Source: an uncultured Ectothiorhodospiraceae bacterium (lineage in GTDB: Bacteria > Pseudomonadota > Gammaproteobacteria > UBA9214). From it: a stretch of DNA of 64,000 nt. The stretch spans positions 35,565 through 99,564 of the forward strand of contig CAMYMI010000007.1 in assembly GCA_947259415.1 (NCBI GenBank), in the 5' to 3' direction. Below, one piece after another: positions 49,415 through 60,722 of the stretch. The position numbers and the translations under genes are program-made. The number at the start of each line of letters is the position of its first letter. The stretch's first letter is position 1. The notes below the pieces were generated by a model, which searched no databases, was not told where the DNA came from, and was given only the letters and a program-made list of their open reading frames with translations.

Positions 49415-49813
49415 ATGCGTTCCAGTGTAGTGATCATCGGACTTGCCATCGCCGCACCATTTCTTGGTACGGGCTGCAGCAAACAGGTCAGTTATGCAGC
49501 CGATATACAACCGTTGCTGAATCAGTACTGTGTACAGTGCCATGACGGCACAGGCGAGGGTTCCCAGAAGAGCGGCTTCATCATGACGAATTATGACAGT
49601 GTAATGAAAGGCACCAAGTTCGGTCCAGTCGTTGTCGCCGGGGACAGCGAATCCAGCACCCTGTACCGGATCATCAGCGGCAAGGTCAGTCCCAAGATCG
49701 ACATGCCGCCGACCGGACCGGAGTCCGTGGCCATCGGACGCGGACATAAAATGACCCCGGATGCCATCACCGCCTTCCAGCAGTGGATCGATCAGGGCGC
49801 ACTCAATAACTAG
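49415..49813 (+). CDS. Lipoprotein monoheme cytochrome c
   Basis: Lipobox GTGC, DIQPLL..YCVQCH, VVAGDSESS.L, MPP, WIDQGA. Confidence 0.85.
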   Translation: MRSSVVIIGLAIAAPFLGTGCSKQVSYAADIQPLLNQYCVQCHDGTGEGSQKSGFIMTNYDSVMKGTKFGPVVVAGDSESSTLYRIISGKVSPKIDMPPTGPESVAIGRGHKMTPDAITAFQQWIDQGALNN

Positions 49814-50024
49814 TTTCGGGATACAGTCAGCAGCACGCTTCCGCCTGAAGTGCGCTGCCGCCGCTGACTGCCAGCCGTCGTGCACCGGGTCACCGTCTCC
49901 GCCGCTACTGGCAAACCCGTTATTGTCGTTATCCAACTGATTCTGCTAATTTTATTCTCGACTAACCCAGCTTGCATGGTATAAGATTGACAATATCCCA
50001 TATATTTTAAGGGCTTAAACCACC

Positions 50025-50534
50025 ATGATCATCGAAGACTGGATACTCGCGACCCTCATTATCATGTTCATCCTGGCATGCGGCTGGCTCTACGTGATCT
50101 GGCAGAATACCCAGCGATCGGAGCGCCAGATCCGCCAGGTCGTCTCGCAGCAGACCCTGATCGGCACCGATATCAGTGCCCGCTCGCTTTGCCATGCCGT
50201 GCATTACCTGCACCCCAGCATGCACGCGGGTGTCGACTTTGTGATCAAGCACGATGACCCCGGTAAGCCGCCCTATATTGCCGAATGGAATTCGACCCAG
50301 GAAAAACCTACAGCCGAGCAACTCAGGGCGGCGCTCACCAAGATCTCGGAACATGGCCTGCTGGAGAATTACGCCATACGTCGCCAGGCTGAATATCCCA
50401 GCATCGGTGACCAGCTCGACGCAGCCTTCAAGGCCCGTCATGGCGACAAGACCGAGCAGATGGAACAGGACAGGAGGATCCAGGAGATCAAGGACAGATA
50501 TCCGAAGACCTCCGGCGAATGCGGCGAGATGTAA
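50025..50534 (+). CDS. Membrane-anchored protein with phage XkdW/tail-assembly-like C-terminus
   Basis: N-terminal TM; DF.I..D....PYIAEWN....PT; RRQAEYPSIGDQLDA...IKDRYPK. Confidence 0.7.
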   Translation: MIIEDWILATLIIMFILACGWLYVIWQNTQRSERQIRQVVSQQTLIGTDISARSLCHAVHYLHPSMHAGVDFVIKHDDPGKPPYIAEWNSTQEKPTAEQLRAALTKISEHGLLENYAIRRQAEYPSIGDQLDAAFKARHGDKTEQMEQDRRIQEIKDRYPKTSGECGEM

Positions 50535-50634
50535 GGATCAAGGACAGCGGCTGAACCAGGCCACCCTGCTCTACCCGTCCCGGGCTGCCGGCCCGGTGTC
50601 CACTCCGGGTCAGACTTTCCCTGCAGGCGATCGA

Positions 50635-51951
<1,317 letters not shown>

Positions 51952-52031
51952 TCAACAATGAGTTATTCAGGCCGGCCAATACACGCGTCGACCATCCAGT
52001 AGTTGTCAGCCTGCGAGACCTTGACAGTTTA

Positions 52032-53216
52032 TCAAACCGGCTTGACAACCCACGCGCCATCTTCATGAACAATGACCCGGTCACAACCCATTGCAGCCGC
52101 ATCGCCGTTCTGCCCGGGCAGCTCGAAGAGCACCCGTTCACCAGCCGCACGCAGCGCCCTGACAGTATCAATCAGCGCTGGATCACTGTCTGCCGGTGAA
52201 AATATGGCGTCATCCGACAGGTCATACTCGCGTGTATCGAGATCGACCAGCGTCTTGAGATCCATACTGAAACCGGTGGCCGGACGCGCCCCGCCGAAGA
52301 CCTTGCCGATATCGTTGTAGCGACCACCACGCGCAATTTCCTGGCCGCGCCCGGGAACAAAGACCGCGAACACCATCCCGGTGTGGAAATTATAGCCGCG
52401 CAGCTCCGCCAGATCGTAGAACAGGACCGTGTCTGCGCGGCTGCGGCGCATGGCATCCGCTATGGCACACAGATTGTCGAGTGCCGCCATCACCTCATTA
52501 CCGGCGCCCGCAAGTGATTCGCGCGCGCTTTCCAGAATCTCGTAACCGCCGTTCAGCTCCGCCAGGCAGGCCAGTCGCCGAGCCTGTTCTCCGGTGGCAC
52601 GGCTGGCAACAAGTAGCTCGGTTATTTCGCTGCTGGCCTTGCGCTGCAGGGCATCAAACAGGGCAGTTTCCTGCTGGTCGTCAAGGCCCGCCTCCGCGGC
52701 AAGGGCGCGGAATATCCCGACATGACCAAGGTCCATGTGCACCTTGGTAATACCCATGGCAGAGAGCGATTCCAGCACCAGGTTGAGTATTTCGACATCG
52801 CTTTCAATTCCGGCATGTCCGAACAGTTCAGCACCCACTTGCAGCGGACTGCGGGTCCCGGCAAAACCGTCTGGACGGGTGCGCAACACCGTACCTGTGT
52901 AACACAGACGCGAAGGCACATCGCGTTTCAGCGGGTGCGCATCGATGCGCGCCGCCTGCGGGGTCATGTCAGCGCGCACCCCCATCAAACGCCCGGTCAA
53001 CTGGTCCGTCAGTTTGAATGTCTGCAGGTCCAGATCGTTGCCGGTCCCGGTGAGCAGTGATTCAAGATACTCGATGAATGGCGGCATGATCAGCTCAAAT
53101 CCCCAGCCGGAAAACAGGTCCAGGATTTCGCGGCGGGCTCGCTCCAGCCGCCAGGCCTCGGGCGGCAGGACCTCTTCAATGCCTTCCGGCAATAGCCATT
53201 GGTCTTTATTGCTCAT
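52032..53216 (-). CDS. hisZ: ATP phosphoribosyltransferase regulatory subunit
   Basis: WLLPEGIEEVLP, RADMTPQ.ARIDAH, ELRGY..HTG, GGRY, PATGFS; upstream of purA. Confidence 0.94.
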   Translation of the reverse strand: MSNKDQWLLPEGIEEVLPPEAWRLERARREILDLFSGWGFELIMPPFIEYLESLLTGTGNDLDLQTFKLTDQLTGRLMGVRADMTPQAARIDAHPLKRDVPSRLCYTGTVLRTRPDGFAGTRSPLQVGAELFGHAGIESDVEILNLVLESLSAMGITKVHMDLGHVGIFRALAAEAGLDDQQETALFDALQRKASSEITELLVASRATGEQARRLACLAELNGGYEILESARESLAGAGNEVMAALDNLCAIADAMRRSRADTVLFYDLAELRGYNFHTGMVFAVFVPGRGQEIARGGRYNDIGKVFGGARPATGFSMDLKTLVDLDTREYDLSDDAIFSPADSDPALIDTVRALRAAGERVLFELPGQNGDAAAMGCDRVIVHEDGAWVVKPV

Positions 53217-53238
53217 CTTTCCGATAACCGTGACTTTG

Positions 53239-53424
53239 TCAGCGCACCAGGTACAGCAGGACGACACCACAGATCATGCTGACCAGCCCGGTTATTCTCA
53301 GGGTCCTGTCATCAATCTGTGAAACCGTTTGCAGCATCTTGCGCATCGATGCCGGACTGACAAACGGGACGATCCCCTCGATCACCAGTACCAGGGCCAG
53401 GGCCGCAAGCAAGTCATCCCACAT
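53239..53424 (-). CDS. DUF2065 (YjeT) small membrane protein
   Basis: ALALVLVIEGI.PF..P; position after hflC. Confidence 0.88.
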   Translation of the reverse strand: MWDDLLAALALVLVIEGIVPFVSPASMRKMLQTVSQIDDRTLRITGLVSMICGVVLLYLVR

Positions 53425-53441
53425 CAGCATCATTTACCCGC

Positions 53442-53466
53442 AAAAAAATCCGGGCACAGGCCCGGG
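53442..53466 (-). terminator. Terminator after hflC
   Basis: CCGGGC-CTGT-GCCCGG followed by A and T7 on the minus strand. Confidence 0.7.
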
Positions 53467-53498
53467 AGTCGCTATCCGGCAGTCGTCCCGGCTGTGAA

Positions 53499-54374
53499 CT
53501 AGCGGTCTGCGCCCGTGTTGGAGTTGAAGAACTTGAAGAACTCCGAATCCGGCTGCAGCACCAGGATGTCCTGCTTGCTGCCCAGCGCGCCGCGGTAGGC
53601 ATTCATGCTGCGGTAGAACTCGTAGAAACCCTCGTTCTGGTTATAGGCGTTGGCGTAGGTCTCGGTCGCTCTGGCATCACCCTCACCGCGGATGACTTCG
53701 GCATCACGCGCGGCCTCGGCCAGCAGCACGGTTCGCTCCCTTTCCGCAATAGCACGTATGCCCTTGGCGGCCTCTTCACCCTCTGCCCGGTGTTCACGCG
53801 CCACCCGCTCGCGTTCCGCGCGCATGCGCTGGAACACCGAGTTGCGCACGTCCTCCGGCAACTCGATCTGCTTGATGCGCACATCGACGATCTCGATGCC
53901 GAATTTCTGGACCTCATCGTTGCCCTTTGTTGTCAGGTTATCCATCATCTCGGCACGCTCGGTCGCCACGACCTCCTTGATGGTGCGGTGATCGAACTCG
54001 AGTTGCAGACCGTTCTTGATGATCTGCAACAGGCGCAGCGCCGCCTGACGTTCATCCCCTCCAAAGGATGTATAGTAAATCGCCGGGTTCTTGATCCGCC
54101 ACTTGATGAAGAAGTCCACCGAGACATTCTTTTTCTCGCCGGTCAGGAAACGTTCCGGGCGAGTATCCAGTGTCAGGATACGCTTGTCGAACTTGCGGAC
54201 ATTATTGATGAACAGCGGTTTCATGAAATGCAGGCCCGGCTCGTATTCCGAATCCACGATCTCGCCGAGCTGGAACTTGATGGCAAGCTGGCGCTCGTCC
54301 ACGATGAAAAACGACGTTGCGAGCACCACCAGGCCGAATGCTACCAACACCATAAAGATTTTCCCGGAAGCCAT
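53499..54374 (-). CDS. hflC: FtsH modulator HflC
   Basis: SPFH domain; RMRAERER.A, RGEGDA, FYEFYRSM.AY. Confidence 0.95.
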   Translation of the reverse strand: MASGKIFMVLVAFGLVVLATSFFIVDERQLAIKFQLGEIVDSEYEPGLHFMKPLFINNVRKFDKRILTLDTRPERFLTGEKKNVSVDFFIKWRIKNPAIYYTSFGGDERQAALRLLQIIKNGLQLEFDHRTIKEVVATERAEMMDNLTTKGNDEVQKFGIEIVDVRIKQIELPEDVRNSVFQRMRAERERVAREHRAEGEEAAKGIRAIAERERTVLLAEAARDAEVIRGEGDARATETYANAYNQNEGFYEFYRSMNAYRGALGSKQDILVLQPDSEFFKFFNSNTGADR

Positions 54375-55501
54375 TAGCGTACTCCTCCCTCTCTCAACGG
54401 ACTGCGCCGGCGCTGGCCATCCTGCGCCATTCCTTCCGGGGTGGTCCTGATCTGTGTCCCTTCAGGAACCGGCTGCTGGAAGCCGGATGGTCTCTCCATC
54501 AGCTTGTCCAGCGGCAGGTACATCAGGCTGTTGCCGTCCTGAGACTGCATCACAACCTTGCTGGTGCTGGCAAGGACCGCCTCCATGGTCTCGAGGTAAA
54601 GCCGCTTGCGGGTGATCGCGGGGGCCTTCTCGTATTCCTTGAGGGTCTGCAGGAAACGGCTGGTCTCACCCTCGGCCTGCGCGATGACCTGTTCCTTGTA
54701 GCCGATAGCCTCCTCGCGCATGCGGGCGGCCTCACCGCGGGCGCGTGGCACGATGTCACGCGCATAGGCCTCCGCCTGGTTCTTGAACTTGACCTCGTCC
54801 TCCTGGGCCTTGATTGCATCCTCGAATGCGCCCTGCACCTCTTCCGGCGGCTGCGGGTCCTGCAGGTTCACACTGGTCAGGATCAGGCCGGTCTGGTAAC
54901 GATCCAGGATGGTCTGGATCAGTTCTTTGGTCTGGCGGACGATTTCACCGCGGCCACCGGTGAGGAACTGATCCATGGGGATGCCACCGATAACCTCGCG
55001 CAAGGCACTTTCCGTGGCCTCCTGCAGGGTATAGTCGGGATCGCGCACCTGGAACAGGTAATCCTTCGCGTCCTTGACCTGGTACTGCACGGCCAACTCC
55101 ACCTGGATGATGTTTTCATCCCGGGTCAGGATCTTCGCACGGTGACTGACGGTGCGCACATGGTCCACGTCGATCTTTTCCACGCTCTCGATAAAGCGCA
55201 TATACCAGTGGGGACCCGGACCGGTGAGGGTCTTGAATGTGCCCAGGCGCAAAACCACACCACGCTCCGCCGGCTGAATGAGGTAGATACCGGACAGGAC
55301 CCAGACCACCAGCAGCAGGATGGCGATCAGGCCGAGGCTGATTGAAGGCTTGGCGCCCCGGCCGCCACCGCGGCCGCCGAACAGGCGGTTGATTCTGTCG
55401 CGCATCTTGCGGACGACAGCATCCAGATCAGGTGGACCCGCACTACCGCCACGCCCACCCCAGGGATCGCGGTTATCACCACCCGGTTCATTCCAAGCCA
55501 T
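54374..55501 (-). CDS. hflK: FtsH modulator HflK
   Basis: MAWNEPG..DPWG..GPPDLD, PPEEVQ.AF.DAI, YLPLDKL. Confidence 0.96.
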   Translation of the reverse strand: MAWNEPGGDNRDPWGGRGGSAGPPDLDAVVRKMRDRINRLFGGRGGGRGAKPSISLGLIAILLLVVWVLSGIYLIQPAERGVVLRLGTFKTLTGPGPHWYMRFIESVEKIDVDHVRTVSHRAKILTRDENIIQVELAVQYQVKDAKDYLFQVRDPDYTLQEATESALREVIGGIPMDQFLTGGRGEIVRQTKELIQTILDRYQTGLILTSVNLQDPQPPEEVQGAFEDAIKAQEDEVKFKNQAEAYARDIVPRARGEAARMREEAIGYKEQVIAQAEGETSRFLQTLKEYEKAPAITRKRLYLETMEAVLASTSKVVMQSQDGNSLMYLPLDKLMERPSGFQQPVPEGTQIRTTPEGMAQDGQRRRSPLREGGVR

Positions 55502-55579
55502 AAAAAACTCCAGTCAAGATTATGCACACCCCGCACCGGGGTAGCGTTTTTCGATACCAGGGGTCAATTCTAATGAAGC

Positions 55580-56890
55580 CTAGGCAGTCCCCGCAAGGAG
55601 ATCATCGGAATCAGCTGAATGAAAGCGGACACCCTGCTCCGGGTCGCTGGTCAGCCTGTCGACATCACGCCTTGCCATCCTGACTTCAAGCCACCAGTCA
55701 CCCTGTTCGTCCACGTGCTCGGACAGGACGCAACCCGTCTCGAAAAGGCTGGAGCGAATAGCGCCTGCCCATGACGACAAATGCAACCATCCGTGCACCT
55801 GTTCACCCTCAAAATACTCTGTCAATGCGGCTGCCAGCAGGTCCAGGCCGTTTCCACTCATGGCCGACAGCCAGATCCTGGAAATCCTGCCCTCGGCATC
55901 ACGTTCCACCCGCGGCTCCATACCGTTGAGGTCGATCTTGTTGTAGACACACAGTTGCGGCACCTTGTCCGCACCTATTTCGCGTAATACCTCGTTGACC
56001 TGCTCGATACGCGCCCCGCGATCAGCATCCTGCACATCAACGACATGCAACAGCAGATCGGCCTTGCGGGTCTCTTCCAGCGTGGCACGGAAGGCCGCGA
56101 CCAGGTCATGTGGAAGGTGGCGTATGAAGCCAACCGTATCGGCCAGTACCAACGGTCCTACACCGCGGAGCTCGATTCGCCGCAGGGTCGGGTCCAGCGT
56201 TGCGAACATCTGGTCCGCTGTATAGGCATGGGCACCGGTGATCGCGTTAAACAGGGTCGACTTGCCGGCATTGGTGTAACCGACCAGCGATACCGAGGGC
56301 ACATCGGCCCGGCTGCGTGCCCGGCGCCCCTGGTCACGCTGACGCTCGACCTTCTCGAGGCGCTTGTTGATCATCTTGATGCGCGCATTGATCATGCGGC
56401 GATCAGATTCCAGCTGGGTCTCACCCGGCCCGCGCAGGCCGATACCACCCTTCTGGCGTTCCAGGTGAGTCCAGCCGCGCACCAGTCGGGTTGACAGGTG
56501 GCGCAACTGCGCCAGCTCGACCTGCAGCTTGCCCTCGAACGAACGCGCACGCTGGGCGAATATATCCAGTATCAGGCCCGTCCGCGCCAGCACCCTGCAG
56601 GACAGCAGCCGCTCCAGGTTGCGTTCCTGGCTGGGGCTCAGGGCGTGATTGAAGATGACGATGTCAGCCTGCGTTTCCTGAACAGTTTTGTGGATTTCTT
56701 CGGCCTTGCCATGCCCGACATACAGGCGCGGGTCCGGCGCAGTTCGCGTCGCCATGACGGTTGCAACCGGGATCGCACCCGCAGAGCGAACAAGTTCGGT
56801 GAATTCCTGGAGGTCCTCCCGGTCATTACCGGCGGGAAAGTTCACATGGACCAGAACGGCCCGCTCACCACTTTCAGGGCGTTCGAACAA
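55580..56890 (-). CDS. hflX: Ribosome rescue GTPase HflX
   Basis: GPGETQLESDRR, GYTNAGKST, FATLDPT, DTVGF, NKID; TTG start. Confidence 0.97.
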   Translation of the reverse strand: MFERPESGERAVLVHVNFPAGNDREDLQEFTELVRSAGAIPVATVMATRTAPDPRLYVGHGKAEEIHKTVQETQADIVIFNHALSPSQERNLERLLSCRVLARTGLILDIFAQRARSFEGKLQVELAQLRHLSTRLVRGWTHLERQKGGIGLRGPGETQLESDRRMINARIKMINKRLEKVERQRDQGRRARSRADVPSVSLVGYTNAGKSTLFNAITGAHAYTADQMFATLDPTLRRIELRGVGPLVLADTVGFIRHLPHDLVAAFRATLEETRKADLLLHVVDVQDADRGARIEQVNEVLREIGADKVPQLCVYNKIDLNGMEPRVERDAEGRISRIWLSAMSGNGLDLLAAALTEYFEGEQVHGWLHLSSWAGAIRSSLFETGCVLSEHVDEQGDWWLEVRMARRDVDRLTSDPEQGVRFHSADSDDLLAGTA

Positions 56891-56922
56891 ACATCCACCC
56901 AAGTAGTATAGTGGTAATGGTT

Positions 56923-57189
56923 TCAGGCATTACCCGGCTCATTTCCACTGTTGTTATCGGGAGCAGCGTCTGATCCCATGAACCTGACATTGCGCGCAGG
57001 CACGACGGTTGAAATTGCATGCTTGTAGACCATCTGGCTGACAGCATTCTTGAGAAGAACCACAAACTGGTCAAACGACTCGATCTGACCCTGCAGCTTG
57101 ATGCCATTGACCAGATAAATAGACACCGGGACTCGCTCCTTGCGAAGTGCGTTTAAAAACGGGTCTTGCAAAGATTGTCCTCTATTCAT
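56923..57189 (-). CDS. hfq: RNA chaperone Hfq
   Basis: [31 protein letters not shown]...[10 protein letters not shown]. Confidence 0.98.
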   Translation of the reverse strand: MNRGQSLQDPFLNALRKERVPVSIYLVNGIKLQGQIESFDQFVVLLKNAVSQMVYKHAISTVVPARNVRFMGSDAAPDNNSGNEPGNA

Positions 57190-57304
57190 GTCATTTCTCC
57201 TTTTTCTTGTCCCATACACCAATGCACTGTCTCCCTTCGAATTCTTCTTTTGCGATCATACCGTCTCGCATCCTCTTGGGATAATACTAAAAGTCTTCAC
57301 AGAA

Positions 57305-58276
57305 TCACATGCTTATTGCCTTTTGCTCAAGCCAGCCCTGGATATGGTGCGCCACCTCCCGGGTCACATCCCCGGCCCCGGCATCAAACCACCAAGTATC
57401 CTCCTCGCTGCGCAACCAGGTCAACTGGCGCTTGGCATACTGGCGCGTCGCTACTATAGCTTGATTCACCATTTCTTCATAGCTGACCCGGCCCTCCAGC
57501 CAGGCCCACGCCTGCCGGTAACCGACCGCGCGCATGGCCGGAAGTTCACGGCCAAGGTCTGCACGCCGGAACAGCGACCGGACTTCATCAGCGAAACCCG
57601 CCGCGAGCATCGCATTGAAACGCTGCTCGATGCGGCGCTGCAATAACGCGCGATCCGCCGGAGCCAGGACCAGCTTGGACAGGCGGTAGGGTAATACCGT
57701 TGCCGGCCCCTGCGCATGGAAACTGCTCAGGGGCCGGCCGCTTAGTTCGTAGACCTCCAGTGCACGCTGAATGCGTTGCGGGTCATTCGCATGGATGCGT
57801 GCCGCCGAAACGGGATCGACCTGTTGCAGGCGCGCATGCATGGCAGCCCGGCCGAGCTGCTGCGCCTGCTCCTCGAGCAAGGCGCGCACCTCCGGATCCG
57901 CCGGCGGCATCTCCGAGAGCCCTTTTTCAAGGGCACGGAAGTAAAGCATGGTGCCGCCCACCAGCAGCGGGACGCGCCCCCGTGCTGTGATCTCAGCCAT
58001 TGCATCCAGGGCATCCGCGCGAAACTCTGCCGCTGAATAGGGTTCCGTGGGGTCGCGGATATCGATCAGGCGGTGCGGCGCGGCCCGCAGGATCTCGGCA
58101 TCCGGCTTGGCGGTGCCGATATCCATGCCCCGGTAGACCAGCGCAGAGTCGACGCTGATGATCTCAAAGGGGAACTCGTTGACCAGCTCAACGGCCACTG
58201 CGGTCTTGCCGGAGGCCGTGGGGCCCATGAGGAATACCGCGGGCGGTAATGCGCCCGGACGGGAGGGATCATTCAT
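57305..58276 (-). CDS. miaA: tRNA dimethylallyltransferase
   Basis: [40 protein letters not shown]. Confidence 0.97.
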   Translation of the reverse strand: MNDPSRPGALPPAVFLMGPTASGKTAVAVELVNEFPFEIISVDSALVYRGMDIGTAKPDAEILRAAPHRLIDIRDPTEPYSAAEFRADALDAMAEITARGRVPLLVGGTMLYFRALEKGLSEMPPADPEVRALLEEQAQQLGRAAMHARLQQVDPVSAARIHANDPQRIQRALEVYELSGRPLSSFHAQGPATVLPYRLSKLVLAPADRALLQRRIEQRFNAMLAAGFADEVRSLFRRADLGRELPAMRAVGYRQAWAWLEGRVSYEEMVNQAIVATRQYAKRQLTWLRSEEDTWWFDAGAGDVTREVAHHIQGWLEQKAISM

Positions 58277-58309
58277 AATGCGATCGATTGCTGTGGATAC
58301 CCCGAACGG

Positions 58310-60088
58310 CTAGCGCCCGCGCAGGAAGAGCTTGTCCAGCTCATCCATAGCGATCTGCACCCAGGTCGGTCTGCCATGGTTGCACTGGCCGCTGCGCTCG
58401 GTAACCTCCATTTCCCTCAGCAGGGCGTTCATTTCATCGAGCGACATGCGGCGGTTGGCACGAATCGAGCCGTGGCAGGCCATGGTGGAGAGTATCTCGT
58501 TCACCGAGGTCTCGATGCGCTGGCTACTGCCGTGTTCGAGCAGGTCGGAGAGGACATCCCGGACCAGGGCCTCGATGTCCGTGTCGTGAAGCAAGGCCGG
58601 CACCTGGCGAACGACCAGCTGCTCGGGACCCCTGCGATCGATCTCGAATCCCAATTCGCTGAACCCGGCCTGACTGGACTCGGCGACCTCTGCCTCGCGC
58701 TGGCTGACACCCAGATTGAGCGGCACCAGCAGCGGCTGGCTGCGGATCCCCTCACCCGCCTGGGACGCCTTCAGGCCCTCGTAGGTAATGCGTTCATGTG
58801 CCGCGTGCATGTCGACGAGCACCAGGCCCTGTGGATTCTGCGCCAGGATATAGACACCGTGCAGCTGGGCCAGAGCGAAGCCCAGCGGATAGTCGCCTGC
58901 CGGCTCCCCGACAGCGGAGGCAGGCGTGGCGATCGGCGCTGGCGCCGGGTGCAGCGCGGCATACCCGGCAACCTGCTCGCCGACCCCGAGAGGCATACCC
59001 GCTTGCCGGGGGAGCTGCCCAGGCCCCGTACCGATATCCAGACCTTGGAGTGGCTGTGCCGGTCGCGGTGCCGGCTGTGACCCGTCGGGGCGCACCCGGG
59101 CCAGCGCCTCGTGCAGGGTCCTGAACAGAAAGTCGTGTACCAGACGGCTGTCCCGGAAGCGCACCTCGTACTTGGTGGGGTGGGCATTGACATCCACGCC
59201 GGCGGGGTCCATGTCCAGGAACAGGACATAGGCCGGGTGCCGTCCGTGGAACAGGACATCCTGGTAGGCCTGCCGGATCGCATGCGTCACCAGCTTGTCG
59301 CGCACCATGCGCCGGTTGACATAAAAGAACTGCAGGTCGGGCTGGCTGCGCGAGAAGGTCGGCTGGGCAATCCAGCCGTGCAGTGACAGCCCGGCCCCTG
59401 CGTGCTCGACGTGGACGGCCGCCTCCATAAAGGAAGGCCCACACACCCTGGCGATGCGCCGCTCCTGCTGTTCGCGGGCTTCGGCAGACGCCAGGTGCAG
59501 GACCGGTCGCTGGTTATGCTGCAGCCGAACCTCGACGGGGAAACAGCCCAGGGCAATGCGTCGCACCACCTGCTCGATGTGCTTGAACTCGGTGTTATCC
59601 GTGCGCATGAACTTGCGTCGCGCGGGAGTGTTGTAGAACAGGTCGTGGACGTCAACGGTGGTGCCGTCGGGATGCGCCACCGGCGCACTCTGCAGTTCAT
59701 GTTCAGTGCCGTTGCTGCGCACGGACCAGCCGGCATCCGAGCCGCGCAAACATGAACTCAGGTTGAGACGCGCAACTGACGCAATACTGGGGAGTGCCTC
59801 ACCGCGAAAACCCAGGCTGCCGACGCGCTCCAGGTCCTCCAGCGAGGCGATCTTGCTGGTGGCATGGCGTGACAGGGCCAGTGGGATCTGCTCGCGCGCT
59901 ATTCCGCTGCCGTTATCACGCACCCGGATGCGGCGCTTGCCGCCCGCCTCGATATCCACCTCGATGGTGTCGGCCCCAGCATCCAGGCTGTTTTCCAGCA
60001 ATTCCTTGACCACGGAGGCCGGCCGCTCGATGACTTCGCCGGCGGCGATCTGGTTGATCAGTTCTGAAGGGAGTACCTGGATACGCAT
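58310..60088 (-). CDS. mutL: DNA mismatch repair endonuclease MutL
   Basis: [38 protein letters not shown]. Confidence 0.97.
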   Translation of the reverse strand: MRIQVLPSELINQIAAGEVIERPASVVKELLENSLDAGADTIEVDIEAGGKRRIRVRDNGSGIAREQIPLALSRHATSKIASLEDLERVGSLGFRGEALPSIASVARLNLSSCLRGSDAGWSVRSNGTEHELQSAPVAHPDGTTVDVHDLFYNTPARRKFMRTDNTEFKHIEQVVRRIALGCFPVEVRLQHNQRPVLHLASAEAREQQERRIARVCGPSFMEAAVHVEHAGAGLSLHGWIAQPTFSRSQPDLQFFYVNRRMVRDKLVTHAIRQAYQDVLFHGRHPAYVLFLDMDPAGVDVNAHPTKYEVRFRDSRLVHDFLFRTLHEALARVRPDGSQPAPRPAQPLQGLDIGTGPGQLPRQAGMPLGVGEQVAGYAALHPAPAPIATPASAVGEPAGDYPLGFALAQLHGVYILAQNPQGLVLVDMHAAHERITYEGLKASQAGEGIRSQPLLVPLNLGVSQREAEVAESSQAGFSELGFEIDRRGPEQLVVRQVPALLHDTDIEALVRDVLSDLLEHGSSQRIETSVNEILSTMACHGSIRANRRMSLDEMNALLREMEVTERSGQCNHGRPTWVQIAMDELDKLFLRGR

Positions 60089-60137
60089 GGGTGGTCCATG
60101 ATAACCCAACTACAACGGCCGGGCCGGCAGGCAAGCG

Positions 60138-60620
60138 TCAGTGGGCGTCCTCGGGAAACCTGAAAGTGAAATAATCGCCCAGCGCCTCCTCGATCTGGGC
60201 CTGGGTAAGCGGACGCCCGGAGAGCGGCCAGTCATAGTACTCGCAGACCATCGGCATGATCCCGGACTGGAGCTTCGATCTCAGCCGAAAGGTCTTGTAG
60301 AACCGCTTGGTATGAGGGTAATTCTCCCATTCCTGCTGGCTGCCATAGCCGGTGATCAGAAAGGTATCGGGCTGGATAACCCGGGGACCGAGATCCCTGA
60401 CCTCGAAACGGCAGGCAACCTCGAATTCACTGGCCGCCCTGGCAGCCGTCCCGTGCTGCAGCATGATATGCGCCCGTTGCGCCGGGATGGTCAGCGTCCG
60501 GTTCAACACCAGCTGCGAGCCGGGCGGTATCCTGAACCAGACCGAGCTGCGGTCATCGGTTGCCATGGACTGGCAACCGGCTAGCATCAGGGCCACTGCC
60601 AGTGCGTACAATACCTTCAT
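60138..60620 (-). CDS. Hypothetical lipoprotein
   Basis: Lipobox LAGC after a hydrophobic stretch; two further Cys. Confidence 0.7.
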   Translation of the reverse strand: MKVLYALAVALMLAGCQSMATDDRSSVWFRIPPGSQLVLNRTLTIPAQRAHIMLQHGTAARAASEFEVACRFEVRDLGPRVIQPDTFLITGYGSQQEWENYPHTKRFYKTFRLRSKLQSGIMPMVCEYYDWPLSGRPLTQAQIEEALGDYFTFRFPEDAH

Positions 60621-60722
60621 ACCAACCATCCGTTCATCCATACCCATGCAGTCCAGGCAGCGTTGTAACGCACCGGGATTGACCGGGAAATGGCGCCAAA
60701 GTTCAGGGGGGGTGGTGGCGGG

